Shown here one piece after another: positions 26,925 to 35,963 of a DNA stretch of 58,566 nt. The stretch comes from a virus. Lineage: Duplodnaviria > Caudoviricetes. Each line of letters starts with the position of its first letter. The first letter of the stretch is position 1. Below the pieces are notes generated by a model. The model had not been told where the DNA came from. It searched no databases and worked only from the letters and a program-made list of their open reading frames with translations. The position numbers were made by a program, and so were the translations under genes. Where the stretch lies: positions 1-58,566 of the IMG/VR virus record IMGVR_UViG_3300038312_000195, one strand, 5' to 3'.

Positions 26925-27593
26925 ATGTATTGGAAGTATCTGAAATATGTTTTGAAACACAAATGGTTTGTATTCGTAGAATGCTGTAAACTTGGAATTC
27001 CACTAAGGGGTTTATTGCATGATTTAAGCAAGTTTTTACCGTCTGAGTTTATTCCATACGCACGATATTTTTACGGAAATTACCCCGAAACCCTTACGGT
27101 GTATGAAAAAACTTATCACTGGAAGATGAAAAACAAAGCGGCTATTAAAGACGATTTTGACCTTGCATGGCTGAAACATCAAAAACGCAATAAGCACCAT
27201 TGGCAATATTGGCTTCTTACTATGGATAGTTCCAATAAAGAGTTCACCATACAGGCAATGGGAGATGGATACCCAATGTATCTTTCCCGCAACAGCAGAC
27301 ATTTGGCAGAGTTTGACGATTCCATATTATTCGAAGAAGATAAGGTTTTGCCAAACTTCAACAACGACAATGCCTATATGTACGCCAAAGAAATTCAAGA
27401 CAGACTCAATAAAAGCCCAAAGGTGTTATTAATGCCTTTAAAATATCAGAAAGAAATGCTTGCCGACTGGCGTGGAGCAGGCAAGGCTATCAACGGCAAG
27501 GATGATTCAAAGTCTTGGTATCTGAAGAATAAAGATAACATCATTATTCACCCGAAAGTGAGAGAGTTCATCGAAAAGTCATTAGGATTCTAA
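26925..27593 (+). CDS. DUF5662-like (HD-type) protein (cassette ending at D)
   Basis: HKWFV...LHDLSKF.PSEF, H..RNKHHWQYW, EMLADW motifs. Confidence 0.7.
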   Translation: MYWKYLKYVLKHKWFVFVECCKLGIPLRGLLHDLSKFLPSEFIPYARYFYGNYPETLTVYEKTYHWKMKNKAAIKDDFDLAWLKHQKRNKHHWQYWLLTMDSSNKEFTIQAMGDGYPMYLSRNSRHLAEFDDSILFEEDKVLPNFNNDNAYMYAKEIQDRLNKSPKVLLMPLKYQKEMLADWRGAGKAINGKDDSKSWYLKNKDNIIIHPKVREFIEKSLGF

Positions 27594-27634
27594 TTCGCAT
27601 TATAAAACAAGTGCGTAGAAAGAGAGGTTTGAAA

Positions 27635-28237
27635 ATGTTAGAAAAGATAAACGGTAAGAAAATTGAATTGATGCCTAAAATACCAAAAGAAAACGAGAAA
27701 CTATGCGATACCTGTGACGGAATAGGTTGGCTTTATGATAAGGAAAAAGGATTCATTGAGAAGTGTAGAGATTGCTATGTCGGAGTTATTCATCTTTGTC
27801 ACATCTGCCATAAGCCCGTCAGGGGCATGTGTATGAATAAGGATTGCAGAGCAATTAGGGACGCTGAGAGCGAGGAAAAGGCTCTAAGTAAAGCGATTAA
27901 AGCTGAATACAAAGACGTTCCTCTTGAACATAAGGAAATGCTGTATTCCGAAAGCTACGGATACAACGAGGGTTATTTTTCAGATATTGATGAACTTATA
28001 GAATACTGTGAGGGCAACGATATTGAAGTGCCAAAGCATGTATGGTCTACCGCAAAAACGGAGTTGTCAATAGATGCAGAAAACATAATTGAAAACGCTT
28101 GCGAAGAACTGCATGAGGATGCAAGAGATAACGTTACTGGAGAAAAGGAGCTGCAAGACTTTTTAGATGTTTGGTGTGCTAAACAGACAGGAACAGACAC
28201 ATATACTGTTGACTATAAATATGCCATTACGATTTGA
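27635..28237 (+). CDS. Zn-finger-containing hypothetical protein (cassette D-E)
   Basis: CDTCDGIG...CRDC...CHIC; bounded by sites D and E. Confidence 0.7.
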   Translation: MLEKINGKKIELMPKIPKENEKLCDTCDGIGWLYDKEKGFIEKCRDCYVGVIHLCHICHKPVRGMCMNKDCRAIRDAESEEKALSKAIKAEYKDVPLEHKEMLYSESYGYNEGYFSDIDELIEYCEGNDIEVPKHVWSTAKTELSIDAENIIENACEELHEDARDNVTGEKELQDFLDVWCAKQTGTDTYTVDYKYAITI

Positions 28238-28294
28238 TTTGCTTTATAAAACCGGAACGCAATAATTTAAAAATGAAGAAGGAGTGATATAAAT

Positions 28295-28486
28295 ATGTCA
28301 AACTATAGGGGAAAATATACCAAATGTCGTGAGTGCATACATGTTGTGGCAGCAATGATGATGTTGGTTGAGGTTAAAAAAAGTTGTCCGAAGCACACAA
28401 AATTTAGGAGTATGTTAGCAGTAGATAAGCCAACGTGCGAAGAATGTGAATATTTTGAGGTGGGACGTGAGAATATTATTGATTGA
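28295..28486 (+). CDS. Small Cys-rich protein
   Basis: CREC...CEEC; RBS AAGGAGTG. Confidence 0.65.
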   Translation: MSNYRGKYTKCRECIHVVAAMMMLVEVKKSCPKHTKFRSMLAVDKPTCEECEYFEVGRENIID

Positions 28487-29444
28487 TTTTAACAGCAAAA
28501 TTCCAAATTTAGCATTGATGAAGTTATCTACTTGGCATAAGCAACAAGGGAATAAAGTTTATTTAAATCAATGTGACAATCCAGATAAAGTATACATATC
28601 AACGCTCTTTACATGGGACAAGCCAAAAGTTGAAAAGCTGCTTAAAATGTATCCAAATGCAGAAGTTGGCGGTACAGGTTGGGATATAAAAAAGACATTA
28701 CCTGAGGAAATTGAAAACTGTAAACCAGACTATGACTTATACACTGCGGTTGATATTTATAACCGAATAAAGGGCGGTATAGGTAAAAAAGAAAATAAGC
28801 TTAAAAAGGCTATGGAAATTATTAATGCAGGAATAGGTTTTACCTCAAGAGGATGCATTAGACAATGTGGTTTTTGTTTTGTTCCACCAAAGGAAGGGAT
28901 GCTTCATAAAGTTGGTGAAATAAACGAATTAATCAATCCAAAAAGTAAAGTAATAATCTTACTAGACAACAACCTTACTGCTGATCCGGACTGCATCGAC
29001 AAACTCCATGAAATACGAGATAGGGGATTAATCGTTGATATAACACAGGGCATTGATATACGTCTTATGACTCCGGAAATTGCACAAGCTTTGAGCGAGG
29101 TTAAACATCTGAGAAGCTTACACTATTCGTGGGATCTAATGAGTTTTGAAAAATCCATTTTTGAGGGGATTAAGATTCTTTCAAAGAGCGTTAAACTCTG
29201 GCGGCATATGTGTTTTATGCTAACTGGATATAATACATCATTTGAGGAAGATATGTATAGATTCCATAAGCTGAACGAGCATAACATTAGACCTTATGTA
29301 ATGCCATACAACTTAACTTATCCAACAGAAAAACATCATCATTTTACACGCTGGGTTAATAGTAGGATACATACCGCATGTAGTTTTGAAGAATACGAGC
29401 CATGGGTTAAAGAACAAAAAAGCAATCAATTATCATTTGTGTGA
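28467..29444 (+). CDS. Radical SAM protein
   Basis: PNLALMKLS N-terminus; SRGCIRQCGFC (CxxxCxxC); LDNN. Confidence 0.85.
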   Translation: MRILLIDFNSKIPNLALMKLSTWHKQQGNKVYLNQCDNPDKVYISTLFTWDKPKVEKLLKMYPNAEVGGTGWDIKKTLPEEIENCKPDYDLYTAVDIYNRIKGGIGKKENKLKKAMEIINAGIGFTSRGCIRQCGFCFVPPKEGMLHKVGEINELINPKSKVIILLDNNLTADPDCIDKLHEIRDRGLIVDITQGIDIRLMTPEIAQALSEVKHLRSLHYSWDLMSFEKSIFEGIKILSKSVKLWRHMCFMLTGYNTSFEEDMYRFHKLNEHNIRPYVMPYNLTYPTEKHHHFTRWVNSRIHTACSFEEYEPWVKEQKSNQLSFV

Positions 29445-29455
29445 GGTGCTAGCTA

Positions 29456-29659
29456 ATGAAAGGTGAAAAACATACGGGTAAACGTTGCCATAGTTGCGGT
29501 GAAGAATTGACATCGTGGGATTTACGATGTAGCAAAGCATTAGCATACAAAAACCCAAATTGTGAGAGTTGCATTGCAAAAGAATATGATATTACTGCCG
29601 CTGAATTGCGTAACAAGTTGGAAGACTTTTTCGATATGCGCCCGTGCATTGGGATATGA
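29456..29659 (+). CDS. Small Zn-finger protein
   Basis: CHSCG...CESC. Confidence 0.7.
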   Translation: MKGEKHTGKRCHSCGEELTSWDLRCSKALAYKNPNCESCIAKEYDITAAELRNKLEDFFDMRPCIGI

Positions 29660-30804
29660 GTATGAATAAACTAACAGAAAGACTTTTAGCCGAGGGTTAT
29701 ACAAAAGAAAATCATCCTGACTATGTCAGGTGGTATGGCAACATGGAGGAATTTGAATACACGCCTGAATACCTCGAAACCACAGTTTGGGAAGCTCCTT
29801 GTAGGATTATGCGAAAAGGTGAATTTACTCATGGATATCTGAGTTATGCAGATGTTGATTGGAGAGCAGAAAACGATAATTACAACTTTCATTGTCCTTA
29901 CAATAAAAAAGAGTGTGAACATTTTCACCCGCTACTTAGAGATATTACTATTGGTGCTAAATGTTCATGGCATATGACGGACAAACCTTATGATTATGAC
30001 AACAGTGTCGAAAAGATAGAGGACGAAAGGAAAAGGATTATAGGGAAAAATCTCGAAAAAAAGTTCGGGCATCCTGGAATGATACATTGTGCATGCTGTC
30101 GTATAAACGAAGAAACTCTTGAACCGTATTTTAAATATGAGCCTCGACGTTGTATAAATTTTATGAATAATGGTTGCGACAATAAAACGTGTTGGTGTAC
30201 TGGAAAAGAGCGTGACTTGACTCTTGCCAATATCTATTATGATGTTAGGATTACAACCGAATACAGCAAAGGTTTTATAGTAGAGCCGGTTATCCAGATT
30301 ACTAAGGGTGAAAAGTTATTCGATTCACGAAAGGCAATAACTGACTTAGAACTGTATCTTAAAAAATATCCTGACGCTCCTTTGCAAAAAGAAAAAGGAA
30401 AATCAAAGCATTCGAGAAGGTTATTTTTTGCAAAATATCACGGTGAAAAATATGACCTTGAAATTTTAAGCGTGAGGATTGAAAAGCGGGAAAGCCGGGA
30501 CTTGATGCAAGACCTGCAAGATATTAAAGACGGGATAGAGGTTGTTCATGCCAGTGATTTAACTAAAGCCGTAAAAAAGGATAAAAAGGAACGCAGAGAA
30601 AAATACAAAGGAAAAAAGATAATACGTAGGAAAAAGAAAAATATTGAAAACTGGAAGACTATCTTAAAAAATGATGAGGCAGCAAAGGCATGTGCGGAGA
30701 GAAATAGTGTAAGCATTGATTTTTTAAGAACAGAAGCGGAAAGACAGTTAAGAAAGCGAAACATTTTAATTGAAAAAGAACCTAAGCAATTAAGCATGTT
30801 TTAA
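29644..30804 (+). CDS. Conserved phage hypothetical protein, Cys-rich
   Basis: 386-aa ORF ending in KQLSMF (clamp-binding-like motif). Confidence 0.7.
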   Translation: MHWDMSMNKLTERLLAEGYTKENHPDYVRWYGNMEEFEYTPEYLETTVWEAPCRIMRKGEFTHGYLSYADVDWRAENDNYNFHCPYNKKECEHFHPLLRDITIGAKCSWHMTDKPYDYDNSVEKIEDERKRIIGKNLEKKFGHPGMIHCACCRINEETLEPYFKYEPRRCINFMNNGCDNKTCWCTGKERDLTLANIYYDVRITTEYSKGFIVEPVIQITKGEKLFDSRKAITDLELYLKKYPDAPLQKEKGKSKHSRRLFFAKYHGEKYDLEILSVRIEKRESRDLMQDLQDIKDGIEVVHASDLTKAVKKDKKERREKYKGKKIIRRKKKNIENWKTILKNDEAAKACAERNSVSIDFLRTEAERQLRKRNILIEKEPKQLSMF

Positions 30805-30940
30805 ACAGGAAAGGGGGTTGATCATATGCGCCACATAAAGAAAGGTGGCTAAAAATTGATATATATACACACTACAACACTATGAACACGGCGGGTATTA
30901 GGCTGCCCGCCGTGGATTAAATTTAAGGAGTGATTAATCT

Positions 30941-31840
30941 GTGAATAAAACTAATATTGAATGGTGTGATTATACTTGGAATCCGGTGACTGGATGTCTT
31001 CATGGGTGCGAATATTGCTATGCTAGACGAATAGCAAAAAGGTTCGAAGGTGGTGGGTACGGCAAAGAAATGGGTATGTTTATCGCAAAGCATAGAGACG
31101 ATGCATTTAAGTCACCGTATGTAATAGACGAACCACACTATACACAAACAAAAGATGATTGGTATCGAGTAGCTCCATATCCTTTTGGGTTTGAGCCTAC
31201 ATTTCATAGATACAGATTAAACGAACCGCAACAAGTCAAAAAGCCATCAAAAATATTCGTATGCAGCATGGCTGACCTGTTTGGTGATTGGGTACCGGGG
31301 GATTGGATAGAAGAAGTATTCCGAGCATGTGAAGATGCAGCTCAACATAAATATTTATTTCTTACAAAGAATCCAAAGGGATTAAAATACCCATTCCATC
31401 AGTATTTTAATAACAAAAATTGGTGGATTGGAACATCTGTAACGTGTAATGCAGACCACCAAAGAGCATGGGATTTATTACAGGAAACCACAAGGAAAAC
31501 AAACAAGTTCTTAAGCATTGAGCCTATACACGGTGAGTTTGATTTAGTGAAATATGACCTCTTATACAAAGGATATCCCAAAATAGTGACAATAGGCGAT
31601 TATTACAACTGGGTTATTGTCGGCGCCGAAACAGGCAACCGCAAAGACAAGATTATCCCAAAACGTGAATGGATAGAAAACATTGTTTCAGCTTGTCGAC
31701 ATGCGGATGTGCCCGTTTTCATGAAAGATTCACTTAAAGACTTAATGGGAAAAGAATTTATTCAAGAATACCCAAATAGCCTATGTGGGAGGAAAGAAAA
31801 TGAAAGTGATTTATCTAAAAATCTGGCCAGAATATTATAG
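30941..31840 (+). CDS. DUF5131 (Gp37/Gp68) family protein
   Basis: IEWCDYTWNPVTGC..GC.YCYA, FVCSMADLF, LTKNP, SIEP, WVIVGAETG. Confidence 0.9.
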   Translation: MNKTNIEWCDYTWNPVTGCLHGCEYCYARRIAKRFEGGGYGKEMGMFIAKHRDDAFKSPYVIDEPHYTQTKDDWYRVAPYPFGFEPTFHRYRLNEPQQVKKPSKIFVCSMADLFGDWVPGDWIEEVFRACEDAAQHKYLFLTKNPKGLKYPFHQYFNNKNWWIGTSVTCNADHQRAWDLLQETTRKTNKFLSIEPIHGEFDLVKYDLLYKGYPKIVTIGDYYNWVIVGAETGNRKDKIIPKREWIENIVSACRHADVPVFMKDSLKDLMGKEFIQEYPNSLCGRKENESDLSKNLARIL

Positions 31841-32207
31841 AGCTTCAAAAGCTGGAATTAAACTTTTTGAGATACGAAAGGACGATAGACCTGAGGGGAA
31901 ATATGAGGTTGGTGATATCTTAATACAGCAGGAATATGATCCGCTAACCGGTTATACAGGGTCTGAGGATTTGAAGCATGAAGTAACTTACATACTAAAA
32001 GATTCATCTTTTCTTCCAGGGGGCCATGTTTGCATGAGTCTCAAAGAGATAAAGAAAAATACCTTATTTGAGAAATTTAAAACTATGAGCATACAAGAAA
32101 TGGCAACATGGCTATCAGTATTAAGTAATCACGTAGATTATGAAGATGGAGACTACGATCCTGATATCATGAAAATGCTGCAAAGTAATTTAGTCGAAAG
32201 GAATTAA
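31800..32207 (+). CDS. DUF3850 / ASCH-PUA-like protein
   Basis: LKIWPEYY...G.KLFEIRKDDR...VGD.L...EY motif. Confidence 0.8.
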   Translation: MKVIYLKIWPEYYRASKAGIKLFEIRKDDRPEGKYEVGDILIQQEYDPLTGYTGSEDLKHEVTYILKDSSFLPGGHVCMSLKEIKKNTLFEKFKTMSIQEMATWLSVLSNHVDYEDGDYDPDIMKMLQSNLVERN

Positions 32208-32210
32208 AAA

Positions 32211-32507
32211 ATGAAAATATATATAGCAGGTAAGATAACAGGAAATGAAAATTATAAAAAAGAATTCAAAGAAGCAGAGGATGAATTAATAATGCAAGGG
32301 CATACGGTTCTCAACCCGTCATTTATGCCAATGGGATTTGAAGAAACAGAGTATCATCATGTCAATAGAGCAATGATTGATATTTGTGACGCTATATGTT
32401 TTCTTCCCAATTGGACAGACAGCAAAGGTGCTCATATGGAAATGGGTTATGCTCTCGGAAAAAGAAAACTAATAATGCACTCTACAACAAAGTATAATAA
32501 AAAATGA
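32211..32507 (+). CDS. DUF4406 (nucleoside deoxyribosyltransferase-like) protein
   Basis: IYIAGKITG, VLNP, W.DSKGA.ME motifs. Confidence 0.85.
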   Translation: MKIYIAGKITGNENYKKEFKEAEDELIMQGHTVLNPSFMPMGFEETEYHHVNRAMIDICDAICFLPNWTDSKGAHMEMGYALGKRKLIMHSTTKYNKK

Positions 32508-32529
32508 GATAATTGGAATAGATTATAAT

Positions 32530-32600
32530 AAACCATACTAAAATCATACTAAAACTATACTATTTCTATACTTTTCAATCATTATGCTTTGTGATACTAT
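32530..32600 (+). promoter_or_regulatory. Three 11-bp direct repeats plus extended -10 (candidate activator-dependent late promoter)
   Basis: AAACCATACTA AAATCATACTA AAACTATACTA (32530-32562); TGaTACTAT downstream. Confidence 0.6.
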
Positions 32601-32698
32601 TAAGATGTTAGAATTATATAAAACATAATGAACCGTCCAGGGAAACCGAGGGCGGTTTTTTCATGGAAAGATCTTCATACCTGAGGTGGTGAATTTAA

Positions 32699-33247
32699 GT
32701 GAATTATGTAGAACCAATTAGAGATCCGGAAATGGTCAAAAATATTTGCACATATTTGAAAGAAAAAAATGTAAGGAATTTTATTATGTTCTACACAGGA
32801 ATTTATTCTGGGCTTAGAATATCAGATATCTTAAAACTTCGAGTAACTGATGTTAAAAATAAAAATAGTATTAACATTAGAGAGAAGAAGACAGGTAAAC
32901 AAAAAATTTATGCAATTAACCCGATTTTGAAAAAAGAATTAAAATTTTATTGTGAAGATAAGTTTCTAAGCGAATACCTAATTAAAAGTAGAGAAGGCGA
33001 TAATAAAGCTCTAACAAGAGAACGGGCATATCAGATTATGAAAGATATCGGTAATTATTTTTGTATTCCAGACCTTGGAACACATACGCTCAGAAAAACA
33101 TTTGGGTATCATCACTACATGCAATACAAAGATGTAGTCATGCTACAAAAAATATTCAATCATGCAACTCCAGAAATGACGTTAAGATACATAGGATATG
33201 AACAAGAAAATATTAATAAGAGCATTAAGAACTTTAAAATATTTTGA
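32699..33247 (+). CDS. Short tyrosine recombinase (catalytic domain only)
   Basis: VEPIR, GLRISD, HTLRKTFGYH, FNH, TLRYIG. Confidence 0.9.
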   Translation: MNYVEPIRDPEMVKNICTYLKEKNVRNFIMFYTGIYSGLRISDILKLRVTDVKNKNSINIREKKTGKQKIYAINPILKKELKFYCEDKFLSEYLIKSREGDNKALTRERAYQIMKDIGNYFCIPDLGTHTLRKTFGYHHYMQYKDVVMLQKIFNHATPEMTLRYIGYEQENINKSIKNFKIF

Positions 33248-33497
33248 TATTAATTACTCATAACGCAACTATGATAAACTAATACTTTTGAAAACTGTAA
33301 GATAGCTAAAAGTCAATGCTTGTAGCGCTGTCTATGAGTTAAACAGAAGATAAGATGTGAGTAACTGGATATTTATACATTTTTAAGCGAATAATCGAGA
33401 TAGAATTGATAAACAGATTGACAAAACATAACGCATTAAAGCGTTTTAACATTATGTATAATTATACATTTGCGTTTAAAAAGCGAGAGGAAAAGAT

Positions 33498-33851
33498 ATG
33501 AACATAAAAAATCAGGATGAAGTTGGATGTTGGGTTCAAAAATTAATTGATGAAGACAATCTGCATGCCTTTTATACAAGCAGTGCGTGGTTGAACCTAC
33601 GTAAAGAAACTTTGCGGGAACATAAGAACGAATGCCAAGATTGTAAAAGTAGAGGATTTTATAAAAAAGCAAACCATGTTCACCATGTACAATATGTAAT
33701 AAAGCATCCAAGACTTGCATTGAGTAAGACGTACATATATCAGGATAAAGAGTATAAAAACTTAATTCCGCTTTGCCATGACTGCCATGAGCAGCGACAT
33801 GGATATAGGCAGAAAGAAAAAAAGGAACCATTGACGAAAGAAAGATGGTAG
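33498..33851 (+). CDS. HNH endonuclease (packaging-associated)
   Basis: FY.S.AW, CQDC, VHH, NLIPLCHDCH; upstream of terminase. Confidence 0.9.
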   Translation: MNIKNQDEVGCWVQKLIDEDNLHAFYTSSAWLNLRKETLREHKNECQDCKSRGFYKKANHVHHVQYVIKHPRLALSKTYIYQDKEYKNLIPLCHDCHEQRHGYRQKEKKEPLTKERW

Positions 33852-33869
33852 GTGGTAGATGTTGGTTGG

Positions 33870-33960
33870 ATGAGCAGCACCCCCGGGCGAAATAAATCGC
33901 TTTTTAATCCGGAAGGGCTTGACTCGGCATGGGGTAGACAAGATATAAACTTTGAAAAAC
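33870..33960 (+). other. Probable cos region
   Basis: GC-rich ACCCCCGGGC tract between HNH and small terminase, the usual cos location in HK97-like Bacillota phages. Confidence 0.35.
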
Positions 33961-33982
33961 TCACACGAAGGAGGTGGGGAAT

Positions 33983-34297
33983 TTGGCAAAAAAAACAGAT
34001 ATAAAAAAAGACTTGCTTGACCAATTGGATCGCAACGGAGTATACGGAAAATACTATATAGATCTTGTCAATGATTATATGTCGTTGTGGGAAATTAAAA
34101 ACAAGTTGATCAAAGATATTAAGCTAAGGGGGGTGTCTGTCTATTGGTGTAATGGTGGAGGTCAAGAAGGACATAAGAAAAATGATTCCATCTCTGAACT
34201 CAATAAGACAAATGCTCAGATGCTAAAAATATTAAACGAGTTGGGCATAAAGCCATCCCGAACGGATGGTGAGTCTGATGGAGATATTGAAATGTAG
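33983..34297 (+). CDS. terS: Terminase small subunit (P27 family)
   Basis: DLVNDYM.LW, RGV, N.QMLKIL.ELG motifs. Confidence 0.85.
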   Translation: MAKKTDIKKDLLDQLDRNGVYGKYYIDLVNDYMSLWEIKNKLIKDIKLRGVSVYWCNGGGQEGHKKNDSISELNKTNAQMLKILNELGIKPSRTDGESDGDIEM

Positions 34298-35945
34298 ACA
34301 AAAAGATTATCACCCATACATAGACCAGTATATAGACGACTGCCGCAGCGGAAAAAATATCGTCGGAAAAGAAATCCTTTTGGCGATGGATTACGTTGAG
34401 AGCAAACTTAATAATCCGGACGTATTTATAGACACAAAAAAGATCGATAAAGCAGTTGAACTGATGGAGAGATATTTTGAGATATCTCTTTTTGATTGGG
34501 AACTATTTGTAACGGCATGTATCCACTGCTTTTATAAATCTGATGATACCGTTGTGTTTAGTACTATCTTTATCATGGAGGGTAGGGGTAATGGTAAGAA
34601 TGGTTTTATAAGCCCTATCGCGTGGTATCTGACAACTCATTATCATGGTATTAAAGGATACAATATTGATATCGTTGCAAATGCTGAGGATCAAGCAAAA
34701 ACATCCTTTGAAGATATTTATCATGTGCTTGAAAGAACCTGGGCAAAATCGAAGAAATTTTTTTACAAATCGCTAGTAAAAATTGTGAACCTTATTACAA
34801 AATCTTATATTAAGTTTAATACAAGCAATGCTAAAACGAAGGATAGCAAGCGTACTGGATGCTTAATATTCGATGAGGTACATCAATATGAAAACTATGA
34901 TCAAATAAAAGTATTTACCTCCGGATTTGGTAAACGAAAACACGCTAGGACATTTTACATTACTACTCAAGGAAATGTTCGTGAAGGTGTCCTAGATGAT
35001 ATGTTGGCAATAACTAGAGATATCCTAAAAGGTATAATCAAAGATTTAAGATGGCTTCCACTAATATATAGAATTGATGCAGAGGAAGAAGCCAAAGATC
35101 CTAATATGTGGCACAAGGCTAATCCATCATTAAAGTATTTGGCAACACTTAGACTTGAGATGGAGCAGCAATTTATAGAAATGAAATATAAACCAGCTAT
35201 AGAGGAAGAGTTTTATACCAAGCGTATGAACTGGCCGAAGGAAAACAGGGAGTTGCAGGTAACCGAGTGGGATAATATCAAGGCAACAAATAGGCCGCTG
35301 CCGGATCTGACTGGATGGGATTGTACTGTAGGCATTGACTATGCGTCGTTGCGAGATTGGGCGGCAGTCAACTTCCATTTCCGAAAAGGTGACTTGCGTT
35401 ATGATTTCGGCAGGTACTGGATTTGCACTCAAAACCCGGAACTGTCAAGGATAAAGGCTCCGTGGCGAATATGGGATACATGCGTACCGGTTGACGATGT
35501 GGAGATATCACCGGAACTGCTGACGGATTACATCTCAGAGACAGCACAGAAATATAATCTCAAGATAATTGCTCTTGATAATTACCGGTATGCGTTATTG
35601 AAAGACGCCCTTGAGAAAATAGGGTTCGACCCAAAAGAGCGGAAAAATGTATATCTTGTCAGGCCACGCGACATTATGAAGGTTGAGCCCGTGATTGAAA
35701 GCTGCTTTAATAAGCAGTTTTTTGTATGGGGCGACAACCCGGCGTTACGGTGGGCAACGAACAACACAAAGCGTGTCCGGTCTGGCAAAAAAGAGGGAAC
35801 GGACACCGGAAACTTTTACTTTGCAAAAATCGAGGCAAAGAGCAGAAAAACAGACCCATTTATTGCTTTAGTCGCAAGTATGGTAGTTGAGGACGAACTT
35901 GGCACCGGGCAAAGCGCATATGACGACTTGCCCGTGATCACATAA
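34266..35945 (+). CDS. terL: Terminase large subunit
   Basis: GRGNGKNG Walker A, IFDEVH, KANPSL, GIDYA, KTDPF. Confidence 0.95.
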   Translation: MVSLMEILKCRQKDYHPYIDQYIDDCRSGKNIVGKEILLAMDYVESKLNNPDVFIDTKKIDKAVELMERYFEISLFDWELFVTACIHCFYKSDDTVVFSTIFIMEGRGNGKNGFISPIAWYLTTHYHGIKGYNIDIVANAEDQAKTSFEDIYHVLERTWAKSKKFFYKSLVKIVNLITKSYIKFNTSNAKTKDSKRTGCLIFDEVHQYENYDQIKVFTSGFGKRKHARTFYITTQGNVREGVLDDMLAITRDILKGIIKDLRWLPLIYRIDAEEEAKDPNMWHKANPSLKYLATLRLEMEQQFIEMKYKPAIEEEFYTKRMNWPKENRELQVTEWDNIKATNRPLPDLTGWDCTVGIDYASLRDWAAVNFHFRKGDLRYDFGRYWICTQNPELSRIKAPWRIWDTCVPVDDVEISPELLTDYISETAQKYNLKIIALDNYRYALLKDALEKIGFDPKERKNVYLVRPRDIMKVEPVIESCFNKQFFVWGDNPALRWATNNTKRVRSGKKEGTDTGNFYFAKIEAKSRKTDPFIALVASMVVEDELGTGQSAYDDLPVIT

Positions 35946-35963
35946 TAGAAAGAGGGTGATAAT

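Larger units (their letters stand above)
26364..28260 (+). repeat. Array of direct-repeat palindromic sites separating genes (A 26364-26385, B 26803-26824, D 27595-27616, E 28239-28260; variant C 26871-26892)
   Basis: ACGCA acaTAAATCaag GGCGA; TCGCA aaaTAAAACgaa TGCGA; TCGCA ttaTAAAACaag TGCGT; TTGCT ttaTAAAACcgg AACGC; each at a stop codon. Confidence 0.75.

Noticed and set aside
26364-28260. CRISPR array or canonical attC integron
   Set aside because: Units are whole genes of 400-800 bp. Sites are 22-bp palindromes without RYYYAAC/GTTRRRY boxes or long hairpins, and no cas genes are present.
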